Origin: Eubacteriales bacterium | GTDB taxonomy: Bacteria > Bacillota > Clostridia > Oscillospirales > CAG-272 | Length of the DNA stretch: 64,000 nt | Reading direction: 5' to 3' | Assembly (NCBI GenBank): GCA_045612865.1 | Contig: JAZKZW010000063.1 | Span: forward strand, 3,911-67,910 | In this document: positions 49,807 through 60,814 of the stretch, in pieces | Numbering within the stretch: position 1 is the stretch's first letter | Layout: every line of letters begins with the position of its first letter | Notes under the pieces: generated by a model | Told to the model about the DNA's origin: nothing | The model's input: only the letters and a program-made list of their open reading frames with translations | Databases searched by the model: none | Position numbers and translations under genes: made by a program

Positions 49807-51945
49807 TTATGATATCGTTGAAATTGATGTTTCTACTTTATCCATTAGTGCCTTTTTTAGTCCTGAATGGATAGGTAATTCTAATTTTGGATCTATATTT
49901 ATTATTTCCTTTGCTGTTTTGAAAGCAACCTCGAATAGGTTCGTATCATCACACATTGCTGCGAATTTGAATTCAAAACCACCACTCTGCCTGAAACTTT
50001 CATCAGTATTTGTGGCAAAGAAGTCTCCCGGACCTCTAAGAGCCAGATCACGTTCAGCTATTTCAAAACCGTCATTGGTGCTTTTCATAACATTTAATCT
50101 GGCCATGGATTTTTCGTTATTCAGGTCGGATACTAAAACGCAGTATGATTTTTTATTTCCTCGTCCAACTCGTCCTCGTAGCTGGTGTAGCTGCGCAAGT
50201 CCAAATCGTTCGGCGTTTTCTACTATCATCAGCGTAGCACTTGGCACATTAACTCCAACTTCAATAACAGTAGTGGAAACCAGCACTTTTGTTTGCCCTG
50301 AAGAAAAACGATTCATAACCTCTTCTTTTTCATTTGCTTTCATTTTTCCGTGGAGTATATCAATACTGAGCTCCGGGAGAGCTAATCTGAGGTCTTCGGT
50401 ATAATCTTTAACATTTTTTAAGTTTAACGAGTTAATAGGTGCAAAATCATTGCCGGAAATGGGCATCATCGCATCTGTGTCATCATCAGAACTTTCTATT
50501 GCAGGACAAACTATATAGCATTGTCCACCAAGAGCAATCTGTTTTCTAATAAAATCATTCAATCTATTTCTGTATGATTCATTGACTACAAAAGTGTCGA
50601 TTTTCTGGCGCCCCTTTGGCATATCTGTCATTCTGGTGATATCTAAATCGCCATACATCGCTAGTGCCAAAGAACGGGGAATTGGAGTTGCACTCATGAC
50701 CAAAAGGTGAGCGGAATTAGTTTTTTCCTTGAGCTTTGCTCTTTGCATAACGCCAAATCTATGTTGCTCATCCGTTATAACAAGGCCAAGCTTTGAAAAC
50801 TCGACTTTGTCAGATATCAAGGCATGCGTACCAACAACTATGTCGGTTGTGCCGTTTGAAATATCATTATAAATTCGCTTCTTTTCTTTTTGCGATGTAG
50901 AGCCCAAGAGCAGTTCTACCTTTATGCCCAGCTTTTCTAAAAGCTCTTTCATTTCGGCGTAATGTTGATTAGCGAGTATCTCTGTAGGAACCATTAACGC
51001 TGATTGATAACCTGATTTTGCCGCAATATAAATAGCTATTATTGCACAAATTGTCTTTCCGCAGCCCACATCACCAACCAAAATCCTGGTCATAGGAAAT
51101 TTTTCTTCTCCCTGGTTGATGGCGACAGTATCTCTATAAATATCATTAACAGCATTCTTTTGTGATCCAGTTAATTCATATGGCAAAATATCAAGTAATG
51201 GGCGAATGGAGCATGGCGAGAAAGCAACACCTTGGCATTTATGCTTTTCATTAGCTCTCATAGAAATTCCGAGTCCGAAATGAAGCATCTCGTCAAATGC
51301 AAGTCGTCTATAAGAATTTCTCAAGGATTCTTCGTTTTTAGGAAAATGAGAGTTAGCTAAAGCGTATGTGAGCGTGGGTAAGGAATTGTTTAATCGTATG
51401 TTTTCTGGCAAAGGATCTTGAATTTCAGGAACAACCTCATTTATGGCTGCCTTTACAAGTTTATCAATTTGCTTGGAGGAGATCCCATCTGTAAGAGGAT
51501 ATATCGGCACAAAATCAGGCAGCTCTACACCCTCAATGTAGGGCTCGTACGTCGGATTTTGTAGTTGTAACTTTTTTCTGTTCAGTATCGCTTTTCCCCA
51601 AAAGCGAAATTCCATTCCTTTGTGGAACACATCTTTTATAAATGGACAATTGAAGAATACTATTTCACATTTGCCACTTTCGTCATAAGCAGTAAATGTT
51701 GATATAGTAAGTCCTCGACGTATTAAAGTGTTTTTAACTTCACTCCCTACAGTAAGGCGAAATGCGTATTTTTTATCTGGATCAAAATGCGAAAGCGGTC
51801 GTATGTTTCCGCGATTTTCATAAGCTCTTGGGAAAAGATACACGAGATCGCCAAGAGTGAATATTCCTAATCTATTTAGTCTTTGTTCTGTCGTTTTTCC
51901 TATACCAGAAAGACTGATAATAGGGGAATCCATCTTATTTAACAT
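49807..51945 (-). CDS. recG: ATP-dependent DNA helicase RecG
   Basis: Wedge/OB N-domain, Walker A GDVGCGKTICA, DEQH box DEQHRFG. Start re-called to the ATG at 51945 with AAGGAGG upstream. Confidence 0.95.
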   Translation of the reverse strand: MLNKMDSPIISLSGIGKTTEQRLNRLGIFTLGDLVYLFPRAYENRGNIRPLSHFDPDKKYAFRLTVGSEVKNTLIRRGLTISTFTAYDESGKCEIVFFNCPFIKDVFHKGMEFRFWGKAILNRKKLQLQNPTYEPYIEGVELPDFVPIYPLTDGISSKQIDKLVKAAINEVVPEIQDPLPENIRLNNSLPTLTYALANSHFPKNEESLRNSYRRLAFDEMLHFGLGISMRANEKHKCQGVAFSPCSIRPLLDILPYELTGSQKNAVNDIYRDTVAINQGEEKFPMTRILVGDVGCGKTICAIIAIYIAAKSGYQSALMVPTEILANQHYAEMKELLEKLGIKVELLLGSTSQKEKKRIYNDISNGTTDIVVGTHALISDKVEFSKLGLVITDEQHRFGVMQRAKLKEKTNSAHLLVMSATPIPRSLALAMYGDLDITRMTDMPKGRQKIDTFVVNESYRNRLNDFIRKQIALGGQCYIVCPAIESSDDDTDAMMPISGNDFAPINSLNLKNVKDYTEDLRLALPELSIDILHGKMKANEKEEVMNRFSSGQTKVLVSTTVIEVGVNVPSATLMIVENAERFGLAQLHQLRGRVGRGNKKSYCVLVSDLNNEKSMARLNVMKSTNDGFEIAERDLALRGPGDFFATNTDESFRQSGGFEFKFAAMCDDTNLFEVAFKTAKEIINIDPKLELPIHSGLKKALMDKVETSISTIS

Positions 51946-51979
51946 AGTCACGCCTCCTTTTCCGCAAGTCATATATTAT

Positions 51980-52008
51980 ATTTTACAACAAAACAGGATG
52001 TATTTCAA
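51980..52008 (-). promoter_or_regulatory. sigma-A-type promoter candidate for recG-rarA (TTGAAA-17 bp-TAAAAT)
   Basis: Minus-strand TTGAAA at 52008-52003, 17-bp spacer, TAAAAT at 51985-51980. Confidence 0.5.
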
Positions 52009-52086
52009 GAGATATTTGATAAAATTATATTTTTTTGGCAATACTGGCTAACCGAAAGTATTTATTTAAAATATTTTCTTAAAACC

Positions 52087-52115
52087 TTTACAAAATAAAT
52101 ATTTTATGATATAAT
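52087..52115 (+). promoter_or_regulatory. sigma-A-type promoter candidate for yybS-gdpP-rplI-dnaB (TTTACA-17 bp-TATAAT)
   Basis: TTTACA at 52087-52092, 17-bp spacer, TATAAT at 52110-52115, 29 nt upstream of the ATG at 52145. Confidence 0.55.
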
Positions 52116-52144
52116 ATAATGTAAAAATGTGGAAAGGAGCTAAA

Positions 52145-53146
52145 ATGAAATCCAATTTTGATATGAAATCAGATAAAAGAATATCCATTGCGCTTTTCTT
52201 AGCATCACTGGTTCTCAGCGTTTTATCATCACTTCTTACTCCAAAATTGATACTTGTATCGCTGATCCCAATCGCAGTATCTTCAGGATTAATGGCGGCT
52301 TTTTTATATAGAGAAAAGAGCAGTGATAGAATATATAAATTCTTGTTGCCGACTTTGGTAGTTGTGCTGGATTGGTTGATTAACGGATTCACTTCATTAT
52401 TAGGCATTATTGCGGTTGTAGTTGCTTTTTCAATCTTTTTAGTTTACGAGCAAAAATGGTCTAAATGCGAGAGCGCGTTTGCCATAACAATATTGATATC
52501 GCTCTTTATAGTTATTACTTGCGTGATTATTGGAAAACAGAACGACCTTGGTCTTGGTGTTAGAGAGTTCTATGATCACGAGTGTAACAAGCTAAAAGAA
52601 TTTTATATAAGCTCATTTGATGAATTTAGCAAAAAATTTGCAGAAGAAGATTTACAACTTCTTACCAAGGAAGAGATAATATATTTTGTTGACTATGCTG
52701 TTGGAATGCTTGTTTCCATGATATTTGTGCTCGGATTTTTGGCTGCGGGAATTTCAATGAAAGTCTTTTCTAAAGTTATAAAGTTAACTGAAAAAGAAAA
52801 AGTTTTAAGCTGGAGATTTAAGCCATCTTCCGTATATGCATATTTTTATGCAGCTATATCACTCCTATCCTTCTTCATTGATGGTAGCTTATCCATCTTT
52901 AATTTAACAGTTTCAAACTTGAATACCATTTTTATGATAGTGTATGCTTATGTAGGATGGAGCATTTTGTCAAAGTTGATTTCTCTGCGAAAAGGAAATT
53001 CATCATTGTCAAAGTTATTGATTGTACTACTCATTGTGTTTATTCCATCTTTTGCAATACAGATCCTATCTTACATTGGAGCTTTTTACAGTATAGTTAT
53101 CAATAAAATGGGCAATATGCCAACTTCGGGTGATAAGCTCGATTAA
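52145..53146 (+). CDS. YybS-like (DUF2232-type) polytopic membrane protein
   Basis: 333 aa from the ATG at 52145 (AAAGGAG upstream). Multiple TM helices. Conserved Firmicute position immediately upstream of gdpP. Confidence 0.65.
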   Translation: MKSNFDMKSDKRISIALFLASLVLSVLSSLLTPKLILVSLIPIAVSSGLMAAFLYREKSSDRIYKFLLPTLVVVLDWLINGFTSLLGIIAVVVAFSIFLVYEQKWSKCESAFAITILISLFIVITCVIIGKQNDLGLGVREFYDHECNKLKEFYISSFDEFSKKFAEEDLQLLTKEEIIYFVDYAVGMLVSMIFVLGFLAAGISMKVFSKVIKLTEKEKVLSWRFKPSSVYAYFYAAISLLSFFIDGSLSIFNLTVSNLNTIFMIVYAYVGWSILSKLISLRKGNSSLSKLLIVLLIVFIPSFAIQILSYIGAFYSIVINKMGNMPTSGDKLD

Positions 53147-53188
53147 TGGCAAAAAACAAAGTCGCACAAGCGACAGATTGGAGTTATT

Positions 53189-55228
53189 ATGAATAATAAC
53201 GATAACAAAAGAATACATGTTCCGTATGCATCAAGAACAGAAACAATATTATACATCGCTCTTGCGTGTCTTAATATAGCTCTTGTTGCAATATTTGGCT
53301 TGGCGCTGTCAATCGCTGGTATAAATCTGGTTTTAATATCAGTGGCAGCTGTTTTGATCTATCTTTTAGAAGCTTCGGCTATCGGATATGCAAGAACAAA
53401 GGTTGTTAGATATGCCCCCGCAAGAGAAGTTTACAAAATGCTTGAAGAATCCTGTAGTTCGGTTATAAAAGATACCAGAAATCCTGTGCTTGCAGTTGAT
53501 AACCATGGTAAAATTCTTTGGTACAACAATGCTTTAGCCGGAATACTTGATCCGGATGAGAATTATATTGGGCGCAATACCAGCGAAATTTTAGAGGTTG
53601 ATCTTAATAAGAGCGTTCACTCTGATAGACCAACTCGTGCCAGCATTGGAAGCTCAATATACAATCTAGAGGGATTTGTGGTATCTGAAGATGGTGATGG
53701 AGTTTATGTTGCAACCCTGACAGATATTACCGAGCTTACAGAAACAAGAAGAAAACATGCTGAAGAAAAGGTAGCTGTTGCATACATAGCTATTGATAAT
53801 GCCGAAGAAGTTTCGCAGTATATTCACGAAAAGTTCAGTGACATAGTGTATATCATTGAGGATAAGCTCAAAACATGGGCAACTTCAATGAACGGAGTTA
53901 TCAAGTCTTACGATAATAACAAGTATGTAATGTTCTTTGACTCGAAGGGACTTCAACAGTGCCGAGAAAATAAATTTGCAATACTCGATGAAATAAGAAA
54001 AACCAGAGTAGGTGACGGTGTACCGATTACTATCTCCATCGGTGTATCCAGCTCGGGAAAAACTCTAGAAGAACGAGATGCCATTGCCAAAGATGCTATT
54101 GATATGGCAATCGAGCGTGGTGGAGACCAGGTAGTAGATAAGTCTAACAACAGCATTACATGCTACGGCGGAAGAACTAAAACAATCTATAAACGTACCA
54201 GCGTTTTATCCAGATCTATTGCTTCAAGACTCACTTCGCTTATGGCTAGATCTGATAACGTAATTGTAATGGGTCATCGATATGGTGATTTTGATTCATT
54301 TGGATCTTCTATAGGAATAGCCAGACTTGCTATGCTTTGCGGCATCAAGGTAAATATCGCTGTGGATCTTCGTGATAAAAACCTTGCTCCGTGCGTAGAG
54401 CTTATGCAGCAGACAGAGGCATATTCAAGAGTGTTTGTTGACAATGCTGATGGTCTGGATCTAATAAACTCCGGTACATTAGTGGTGCTGGTTGACCACG
54501 GATCTTTAGGACGTTCACAGTTTTCTGATATTTCCAAAAAAGCAAAAAATCTTGCGGTTATTGACCATCACAGAAAAGCCGAGGAACTTCCTGATACAGT
54601 AAAGATTGAATACATTGTTCCAAATGCATCCTCCACATGTGAAATAATAACCGAAATGATTGAAAGCTCTGTTAATTCACAGTGCTTGCTTAAAGAAGAG
54701 GCAGACATGCTTCTTTCTGGAATATTACTTGATACCAAGCAGTTCACAAGAAATACAGGAATCAGAACATTTGCAGCTGCACAGTATCTTCAGGGCGCTG
54801 GCGCCAACCCCACAGATGTATATAATCTATTCAAGACCGCTCCGGACGATCTTGCAAAGGAAGCCAGATTCCATACAGATATCGTCATGTACAAATATAA
54901 TGTGGCAATAGCATCCTGCGACGGAGATAACGACGATACTTACAGAATTATTGCCTCCAAAGCAGCAGACAAAATGCTGACACTTAAGGGCGTTGATGCT
55001 GCATTTGCCATCGCTCGTATCGGAGAGTTTATTCATATTTCAGGTCGTTCCAATGGAAAGATTAATGTACAGTTAATTCTTGAAAAGTTCAATGGCGGTG
55101 GACATTTTGAAGTTGCAGGTGCACAGGTAGCGGGCATGTCGGTTGAAGAGGTGCTCGAGCGTCTTCGTCAGAGTATAGATGACTATTGCGAACTCGGTAT
55201 AGAGGAAGACGATAGTGAAAACATTTGA
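53189..55228 (+). CDS. gdpP: cyclic-di-AMP phosphodiesterase GdpP (YybT)
   Basis: Two N-terminal TM helices, PAS-like and degenerate GGDEF regions, DHH motif (VIDHH), DHHA1 GGGH motif (FNGGGHFEVAG). 679 aa. Confidence 0.92.
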   Translation: MNNNDNKRIHVPYASRTETILYIALACLNIALVAIFGLALSIAGINLVLISVAAVLIYLLEASAIGYARTKVVRYAPAREVYKMLEESCSSVIKDTRNPVLAVDNHGKILWYNNALAGILDPDENYIGRNTSEILEVDLNKSVHSDRPTRASIGSSIYNLEGFVVSEDGDGVYVATLTDITELTETRRKHAEEKVAVAYIAIDNAEEVSQYIHEKFSDIVYIIEDKLKTWATSMNGVIKSYDNNKYVMFFDSKGLQQCRENKFAILDEIRKTRVGDGVPITISIGVSSSGKTLEERDAIAKDAIDMAIERGGDQVVDKSNNSITCYGGRTKTIYKRTSVLSRSIASRLTSLMARSDNVIVMGHRYGDFDSFGSSIGIARLAMLCGIKVNIAVDLRDKNLAPCVELMQQTEAYSRVFVDNADGLDLINSGTLVVLVDHGSLGRSQFSDISKKAKNLAVIDHHRKAEELPDTVKIEYIVPNASSTCEIITEMIESSVNSQCLLKEEADMLLSGILLDTKQFTRNTGIRTFAAAQYLQGAGANPTDVYNLFKTAPDDLAKEARFHTDIVMYKYNVAIASCDGDNDDTYRIIASKAADKMLTLKGVDAAFAIARIGEFIHISGRSNGKINVQLILEKFNGGGHFEVAGAQVAGMSVEEVLERLRQSIDDYCELGIEEDDSENI

Positions 55229-55258
55229 TTTTAACGTTTGAAAGGAAAATATAAAACA

Positions 55259-55702
55259 ATGAAGGTAATTTTACTTTGCGATGTAAAAGGACAGGGAAAA
55301 AAGGATCAGATTATAGATGTTTCTGATGGATATGCACGAAACTTCCTTTTTCCTCAGAAAAAAGCGGTTGCCGCTGATGCAAAGGCGACTAGCGAATTAA
55401 AGAGTAAAGAAGAAGCTAAGCAGTTTAAGATCAATGAGGATAGAAAAGCTGCACAGGCTATTGCAGATAAGATTAACGGAACAGAAGTTCGCATACAGAT
55501 GGGACACGGTCAGGATGGAAGACTCTATGGCTCTGTTACAGCAAAAGACATAGCTGAAGCCCTTGGAAAAAAGCTTTCTATAGATGTTGACAAGCGTAAA
55601 TTGCAGCTTAAGGATGCTATCAAGGCTTATGGCAATTATTCTTTAGAAATCAAAATTCTCGGCGATATAGTAGGAAAGTTTACGCTCGTAGTACATCAAT
55701 AA
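55259..55702 (+). CDS. rplI: 50S ribosomal protein L9
   Basis: [36 protein letters not shown]. The track start at 55238 is TTG; the ATG at 55259 is preferred. Confidence 0.96.
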   Translation: MKVILLCDVKGQGKKDQIIDVSDGYARNFLFPQKKAVAADAKATSELKSKEEAKQFKINEDRKAAQAIADKINGTEVRIQMGHGQDGRLYGSVTAKDIAEALGKKLSIDVDKRKLQLKDAIKAYGNYSLEIKILGDIVGKFTLVVHQ

Positions 55703-55725
55703 AATAGTTTAGGTGGGTTGTTATT

Positions 55726-57096
55726 ATGGATAGCAATATTATCAGACAGATGCCTGTTTCTATCGAAGCATAGCAGGCATTGCTCGGTGCAATAATAGTC
55801 AATCCGGATGCTTTCAACGTTGTAGGAGGCATGATTGATGGGGATGATTTTTATTTGAAAGAGCATAAGCATATATACGCGACATTGGTTAAGATGTTTG
55901 CTGCAAGTAAAACGATTGACGTAGTTACATTAGTTAATGCGCTTGTAGAGCAGGGCGATAGAGATGAAGCTGGAGGCATACAGTACATTACTATGCTTGC
56001 AGACTCTGTTCCCGCAGTAGCCAATGTAAAGGATTATGCAAAAATAGTAAAAGAAAAGTCTCTTTTAAGACGTCTTATCGGTGTTTGTGAAGAGATAAAT
56101 AACGATGCGTACGAAGAATCCACACCCGTTAGAACTATTATTGATAGTGCAGAACAAAAGATATTCGATCTTTCTCATGGCAATGACAACAAGGAGTTCC
56201 GTCACATACGTGATGTTCTTCAAAATGTATATCATGAGTTTGAGGCTCTTTCTGAAGCAAAAGGCGCGGTTTCAGGCGCAAAAACAGGGTTCTCCGGTGT
56301 AGATAAAATGCTTATACAGATGGGAAAGGGAGACCTTGTTATCGTGGGTGCTCGTCCTGGTATGGGTAAAACTTCATTTGCGCTTAATATCGCAACAAAT
56401 TATGCAAAATCCTCGGGCAAAGCTGTAGCAATTTTCTCTCTCGAGATGTCTGGCGAACAGCTTGTAACCCGTATTATATCCAGTGAAGCCTTAGTAGATT
56501 CCTATAGCCTGAGAACCGGTCAGCTTAAGCCGGAGGATTGGGACAATATTGCCGATGTAATTACACAGCTTTCTGGTACAGATATATATATCGATGATAC
56601 ATCAGCAATTACCACTACCGAAATGAAGGCAAAGCTTCGTAGAATAAAAAATCTTGGTATGGTAGTTGTAGACTATATTGGTCTTATGCAGACTACATCC
56701 AACACTGACAATAGAGCACAGCAAGTTGGTGAAATCTCAAGAAACCTCAAGATAATGGCAAAGGATTTCGGCATTCCAATTGTTTGTTGTGCACAGCTTA
56801 ACAGAGGTACCGAGTCAAGACCTGGCTCCGGAAAACGTCCAACACTTGCAGATCTTCGTGATTCAGGTTCTATTGAGCAGGATGCGGATATTGTTCTCTT
56901 CCTTTACAGAGATGAGTATTACAAAGACATAAGTGGTCAGCAGGGTAGCGATGCTGAAGCAGCCGATAGTGCAAATACAGCAGAAGTTATTATTGCAAAG
57001 AACCGTCATGGATCTGTAGGAAATGTTAAGATGGGATGGATCGGACAGTTTACAAAGTTCCGAACTCTCGAAAACGATTATTCAAACAATGGTTGA
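55726..57096 (+). CDS. dnaB: replicative DNA helicase DnaB (DnaC of B. subtilis) interrupted by an in-frame TAG at 55771-55773
   Basis: Walker A GARPGMGKTSFALN and RecA-like C-domain. The ATG at 55726 (AGGTGG 9 nt upstream) gives MDSNIIRQMPVSIEA-stop-QALLGAIIVNPDAF in the same frame as the track ORF, which starts at TTG 55780. Confidence 0.9.
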
Positions 57097-58525
57097 TAAA
57101 ATTAATAAACTTTTTGAATCAGATTTTGGAAAAAAGATTTATTCCACAATAGAAAAGACTGTTTCTGCGTATAATATGCTTGAAAGAATTAAATCCGGCG
57201 TTTTAGTCGGACTTTCAGGTGGAGCAGATTCCGTGTTACTGTTATTGTATCTATATGCACTTAAAGGTCATATTGGAGATTTTCCAATTTTAGCAGTTCA
57301 TGTTAATCACATGATAAGAGGCGCAGAAGCTGATAGGGATGAGAATTTCTCCAGGAATTTGTCACAAAGTCTTGGCATTCCGTTTATATCAGAGAATATT
57401 GATGTGCCTGCCATTGCGAAAAACGACGGATTAAGTATAGAAGAAGCTGCTAGGAATGCAAGATATTCAATTTTTTACAATATATTATCAAGTAGAAATG
57501 ATGTATCGACGATTGTAGTTGCTCATAATGCGACCGATAATATAGAAACTGTGATTTTCAATATCCTTCGTGGCGCTGGAACAAAGGGCGCTTCGGGAAT
57601 TCCTCCGATTCGCCAAAATATAATTCGTCCGCTTATCAATCTTTCAAAGCAAGAAATTATATTAGCTCTGGAAAACGCCGGAATAGAATACGTAACAGAT
57701 TCTTCAAATTTAGAGAATGATTATTCAAGAAATTATATCAGAAATAATATTCTACCGCTTTTAACTAATATATCAAGCGATCCTGAAAGGTCTATTTCAC
57801 GCCTTAGCGAAAACTTACGTTCAGATGATGAATATATCTCGCGTCAAGCAGAATCATTCATTGCAGGGCGAAAAAATATACCAACAAAGGATCTCGCCTC
57901 ATTACATCAAAGCTTGTTATACAGAGTTCTTGCAAAGATGGTGGAAGCTTATTCAGTAACGCTTGAACTTAAGCACGTGGAAATGGTATTATCACTTTTA
58001 TCAGAGGATAATTTTGAAGTATCACTGCCTTACGGACTGCGCTTTGTTTCAGAACACGGAATATCTTATATTACTGATAAAAAAGCTACAGCTCCCGATT
58101 ATCTTTATTATTTGGAAAACGGAAAGAATGATATAGCAGAATATCAGTCAGTTTTATATCTTACTGATAAAAAAATAGATAAAACTTCTCTAAAAGTTTA
58201 CAAAAATTCAATACAAGCAGATCTTTCATCTGCTATAATAGTTGGTAGATTGTTTATTCGTCCTAAACGAGATGGCGACGCGGTATTTTATAACGGTATG
58301 ACGCATAAATTAAAAAAACTATTCAACGATAGAAAAATTCCAAAATCAAAAAGACCATATATTCCAGTTTTGTGTGATGACAACGGAGTTGTTTGGGTTC
58401 CTGGTTTTGGTGTTCGCGATGATATGTCGGAGTATAAGAGTGAGCATTTATATGTAACTCTAGCTGTTAATTATTCGGATGCGGACGAATCTGCTTTTTA
58501 TATAGCAGACAATAAACGATTATAA
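57089..58525 (+). CDS. tilS: tRNA(Ile)-lysidine synthase TilS
   Basis: PP-loop GLSGGADSVLL. 478 aa from the ATG at 57089, which overlaps the dnaB stop by 8 nt (ATGGTTGA). Confidence 0.92.
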   Translation: MVDKINKLFESDFGKKIYSTIEKTVSAYNMLERIKSGVLVGLSGGADSVLLLLYLYALKGHIGDFPILAVHVNHMIRGAEADRDENFSRNLSQSLGIPFISENIDVPAIAKNDGLSIEEAARNARYSIFYNILSSRNDVSTIVVAHNATDNIETVIFNILRGAGTKGASGIPPIRQNIIRPLINLSKQEIILALENAGIEYVTDSSNLENDYSRNYIRNNILPLLTNISSDPERSISRLSENLRSDDEYISRQAESFIAGRKNIPTKDLASLHQSLLYRVLAKMVEAYSVTLELKHVEMVLSLLSEDNFEVSLPYGLRFVSEHGISYITDKKATAPDYLYYLENGKNDIAEYQSVLYLTDKKIDKTSLKVYKNSIQADLSSAIIVGRLFIRPKRDGDAVFYNGMTHKLKKLFNDRKIPKSKRPYIPVLCDDNGVVWVPGFGVRDDMSEYKSEHLYVTLAVNYSDADESAFYIADNKRL

Positions 58526-58558
58526 AGTTGTAACAAGAAAGGTATAGAAAGCACTTAA

Positions 58559-60739
58559 ATGAAGGCAAATTTTAAGAGCATAGCAATGCTTTTGGTTATC
58601 GTACTTGCGGTTGTGTTAGCTGTTTCTATTTTCTCTCCACAAGAGAAAGAGCCAGAGACCATTACTTACGGTAAATTAATTCAATTGCTGGAAGATGATG
58701 TGGTAACTTCACTTATCATTGATGAAAATGGAAAAGCTAAAATCAAAGCATATAAGCTTGATGATAATGGAGAATATACTCAAGAGGAACAGGATTACAG
58801 TTATTCATTCACGTTTACATTTTTGATGGAGCACGCTGTATCAATAGCAGAAAAAAACCATTCAAAGAATGATGAGTCTGTTAATGTGCCTGATAATTCC
58901 ACAGATGAGACTCCAGGTGATCCTGAACAGTCACCGGAGACTGGTAAAAAAGAGCCTGTTCTCAAGCATCTAGAGATTCTTCCACCAAGTGAGACCCCTT
59001 GGTATTTAGCATATTTACCATATATAATTGTAGGTATTGTAGTTATAGGACTTTGGATATTCATGATACGCCAAGCATCACAAGCAGGTGGAGCCGCAGG
59101 ACGCCCCGGAGCTTTTGCTAAGTCAAAGGCTAAGGTTGCTGTAAATGACAAGAACGCTGTAAAGTTTGTTGATGTAGCTGGAGCAGATGAAGAAAAAGCA
59201 GAGCTTGAAGAAGTTGTTGAATTCTTAAAGGATCCTGAAAAGTTTATTAAGCTTGGAGCTAGAATTCCAAGAGGTATTCTCCTTGTAGGCCCTCCCGGCA
59301 CAGGTAAAACACTTCTTGCAAAGGCAGTTGCAGGTGAAGCAGGTGTTCCTTTCTTCTCAATTTCAGGTTCAGACTTCGTAGAAATGTACGTTGGTGTAGG
59401 TGCTTCAAGAGTAAGAGACTTATTTGAAAATGCAAGAAAAACACCGGCAAGCATTATATTTATTGACGAAATTGACGCAGTAGGCCGTCGAAGAGGAACA
59501 AGGCTTGGTGGCGGACATGACGAGCGTGAGCAGACTCTTAACCAGCTCCTTGTTGAAATGGATGGTTTTGGAACTCATTCTGGTGTCATTGTTATTGCCG
59601 CAACAAACCGTGTAGACATTCTTGACCCCGCTCTCCTTCGTCCGGGTCGTTTCGATAGACAGGTAACAGTTAATTATCCCGATATCAAGGGCAGAGAAGA
59701 GATCCTACGTGTTCATTCTAGAAATAAACCGCTGGAAGCAACTGTTAACCTCAAAAAGATCGCACAGTCAACAATTGGTTTCTCAGGTGCAGATCTTGCT
59801 AACTTAATGAACGAGGCAGCGCTCAGAGCGGCTAAAAACGATAAGTCTCTTATTGGAATGAATGATATTGAAGAGTCATTTATGAAGATGCTCCTTGGCC
59901 CACAGAAGAAAACAAGAGTAAGAACTCCCGAAGATAATAAACTTTGTGCATATCACGAGGCAGGTCACGCGGTTGCATCATATTATTGCAAACACACAGA
60001 TCCCGTTAAACACATAACAATTATACCTGCCGGAAATGCTGGTGGTGTTACTGTAAGCGCCCCAACAAAAGATCAGTTTACAATGTCAAAGAATCAGATG
60101 CTTGACGTTATTGTAAAAAGCCTTGGTGGCAGAGTTGCTGAAGAAATCGTGCTTGACGACATATCCACAGGAGCCTCCGGCGATATTCAGCACGCTACAT
60201 CTATTGCCAAAAATATGGTAATGAGATATGGTATGAGCGATAAGCTTGGCACCGTGCTTTATGCGCCACAGCACTCACAGGATGAAGTATTCCTTGGTAG
60301 AGATTTTTCTTCTGGTCAGGATTATTCCGAGGCAACTGCTGCAGCGATTGATGAGGAAATCAGAAGAATTATTACCGAATCTTACGATAGATGTCGTTCT
60401 ATTCTTAGTGAGCATATTGATAAGCTCCATTTTGTAGCTGAGTTCCTTCTTAAGAATGAGTCTATGGATGAAGATCAGTTCCGCGCTGCAATGGAGATGG
60501 AAAATCCCACTATAGAATCTATTGAGGGCATCCTTGATGAAAAGAAACGTCAGAGCGAAGAGGAAAACAAAATTGCTTACGCAAACAAGCTTAAGGCTGA
60601 AGCTGAAGAAAAAGCGCGCAGAGAAGAGCTTGCAAAGCGTATGGCAAGTGGTGAACCACTTACTGATGAAGTTCTTGCTGATATCTTTGAGAAAAAACAC
60701 GAAGATAAAACAGAACAGAACGATACTGAAAACAAATAA
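58559..60739 (+). CDS. ftsH: ATP-dependent zinc metalloprotease FtsH
   Basis: Two TM helices, Walker [19 protein letters not shown], zinc motif HEAGHA. 726 aa. Acidic low-complexity insert in the extracytoplasmic loop and a charged C-terminal tail. Confidence 0.97.
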   Translation: MKANFKSIAMLLVIVLAVVLAVSIFSPQEKEPETITYGKLIQLLEDDVVTSLIIDENGKAKIKAYKLDDNGEYTQEEQDYSYSFTFTFLMEHAVSIAEKNHSKNDESVNVPDNSTDETPGDPEQSPETGKKEPVLKHLEILPPSETPWYLAYLPYIIVGIVVIGLWIFMIRQASQAGGAAGRPGAFAKSKAKVAVNDKNAVKFVDVAGADEEKAELEEVVEFLKDPEKFIKLGARIPRGILLVGPPGTGKTLLAKAVAGEAGVPFFSISGSDFVEMYVGVGASRVRDLFENARKTPASIIFIDEIDAVGRRRGTRLGGGHDEREQTLNQLLVEMDGFGTHSGVIVIAATNRVDILDPALLRPGRFDRQVTVNYPDIKGREEILRVHSRNKPLEATVNLKKIAQSTIGFSGADLANLMNEAALRAAKNDKSLIGMNDIEESFMKMLLGPQKKTRVRTPEDNKLCAYHEAGHAVASYYCKHTDPVKHITIIPAGNAGGVTVSAPTKDQFTMSKNQMLDVIVKSLGGRVAEEIVLDDISTGASGDIQHATSIAKNMVMRYGMSDKLGTVLYAPQHSQDEVFLGRDFSSGQDYSEATAAAIDEEIRRIITESYDRCRSILSEHIDKLHFVAEFLLKNESMDEDQFRAAMEMENPTIESIEGILDEKKRQSEEENKIAYANKLKAEAEEKARREELAKRMASGEPLTDEVLADIFEKKHEDKTEQNDTENK

Positions 60740-60743
60740 ACCA

Positions 60744-60770
60744 AAAGAGGTCGTTACGCGACCTCTTTTT
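60744..60770 (+). terminator. intrinsic terminator of ftsH
   Basis: AAAGAGGTCG pairs with CGACCTCTTT, followed by a T-run to 60770. Begins 5 nt after the ftsH stop. Confidence 0.8.
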
Positions 60771-60782
60771 ACATTTTAAAAT

Positions 60783-60810
60783 AAAAAAACAGGGCAGTTT
60801 AACTGCCCTG
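60783..60810 (-). terminator. intrinsic terminator of the carboxyltransferase operon
   Basis: CAGGGCAG (60790-60797) pairs with CTGCCCTG (60803-60810). T7 follows on the minus strand (60789-60783). Begins 4 nt after the stop at 60815. Confidence 0.8.
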
Positions 60811-60814
60811 CAAT

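Noticed and set aside
49505-50404. 299-aa plus-strand ORF spanning the rarA/recG junction
   Set aside because: It is antisense to two well-supported genes. It has a low-complexity Ser/Phe-rich translation and no RBS, so it is a shadow ORF. The same reasoning applies to 46199-46954 (antisense to comEC), 58801-59454 (antisense to ftsH) and 34816-35376 (antisense to the ATPase).
55771-55773. TAG reassigned as a sense codon (alternative genetic code) as the explanation for the dnaB amber
   Set aside because: murF and the M18 aminopeptidase terminate at TAG at sensible C-termini. All other genes end in TAA or TGA at expected lengths. The window is consistent with the standard bacterial code.
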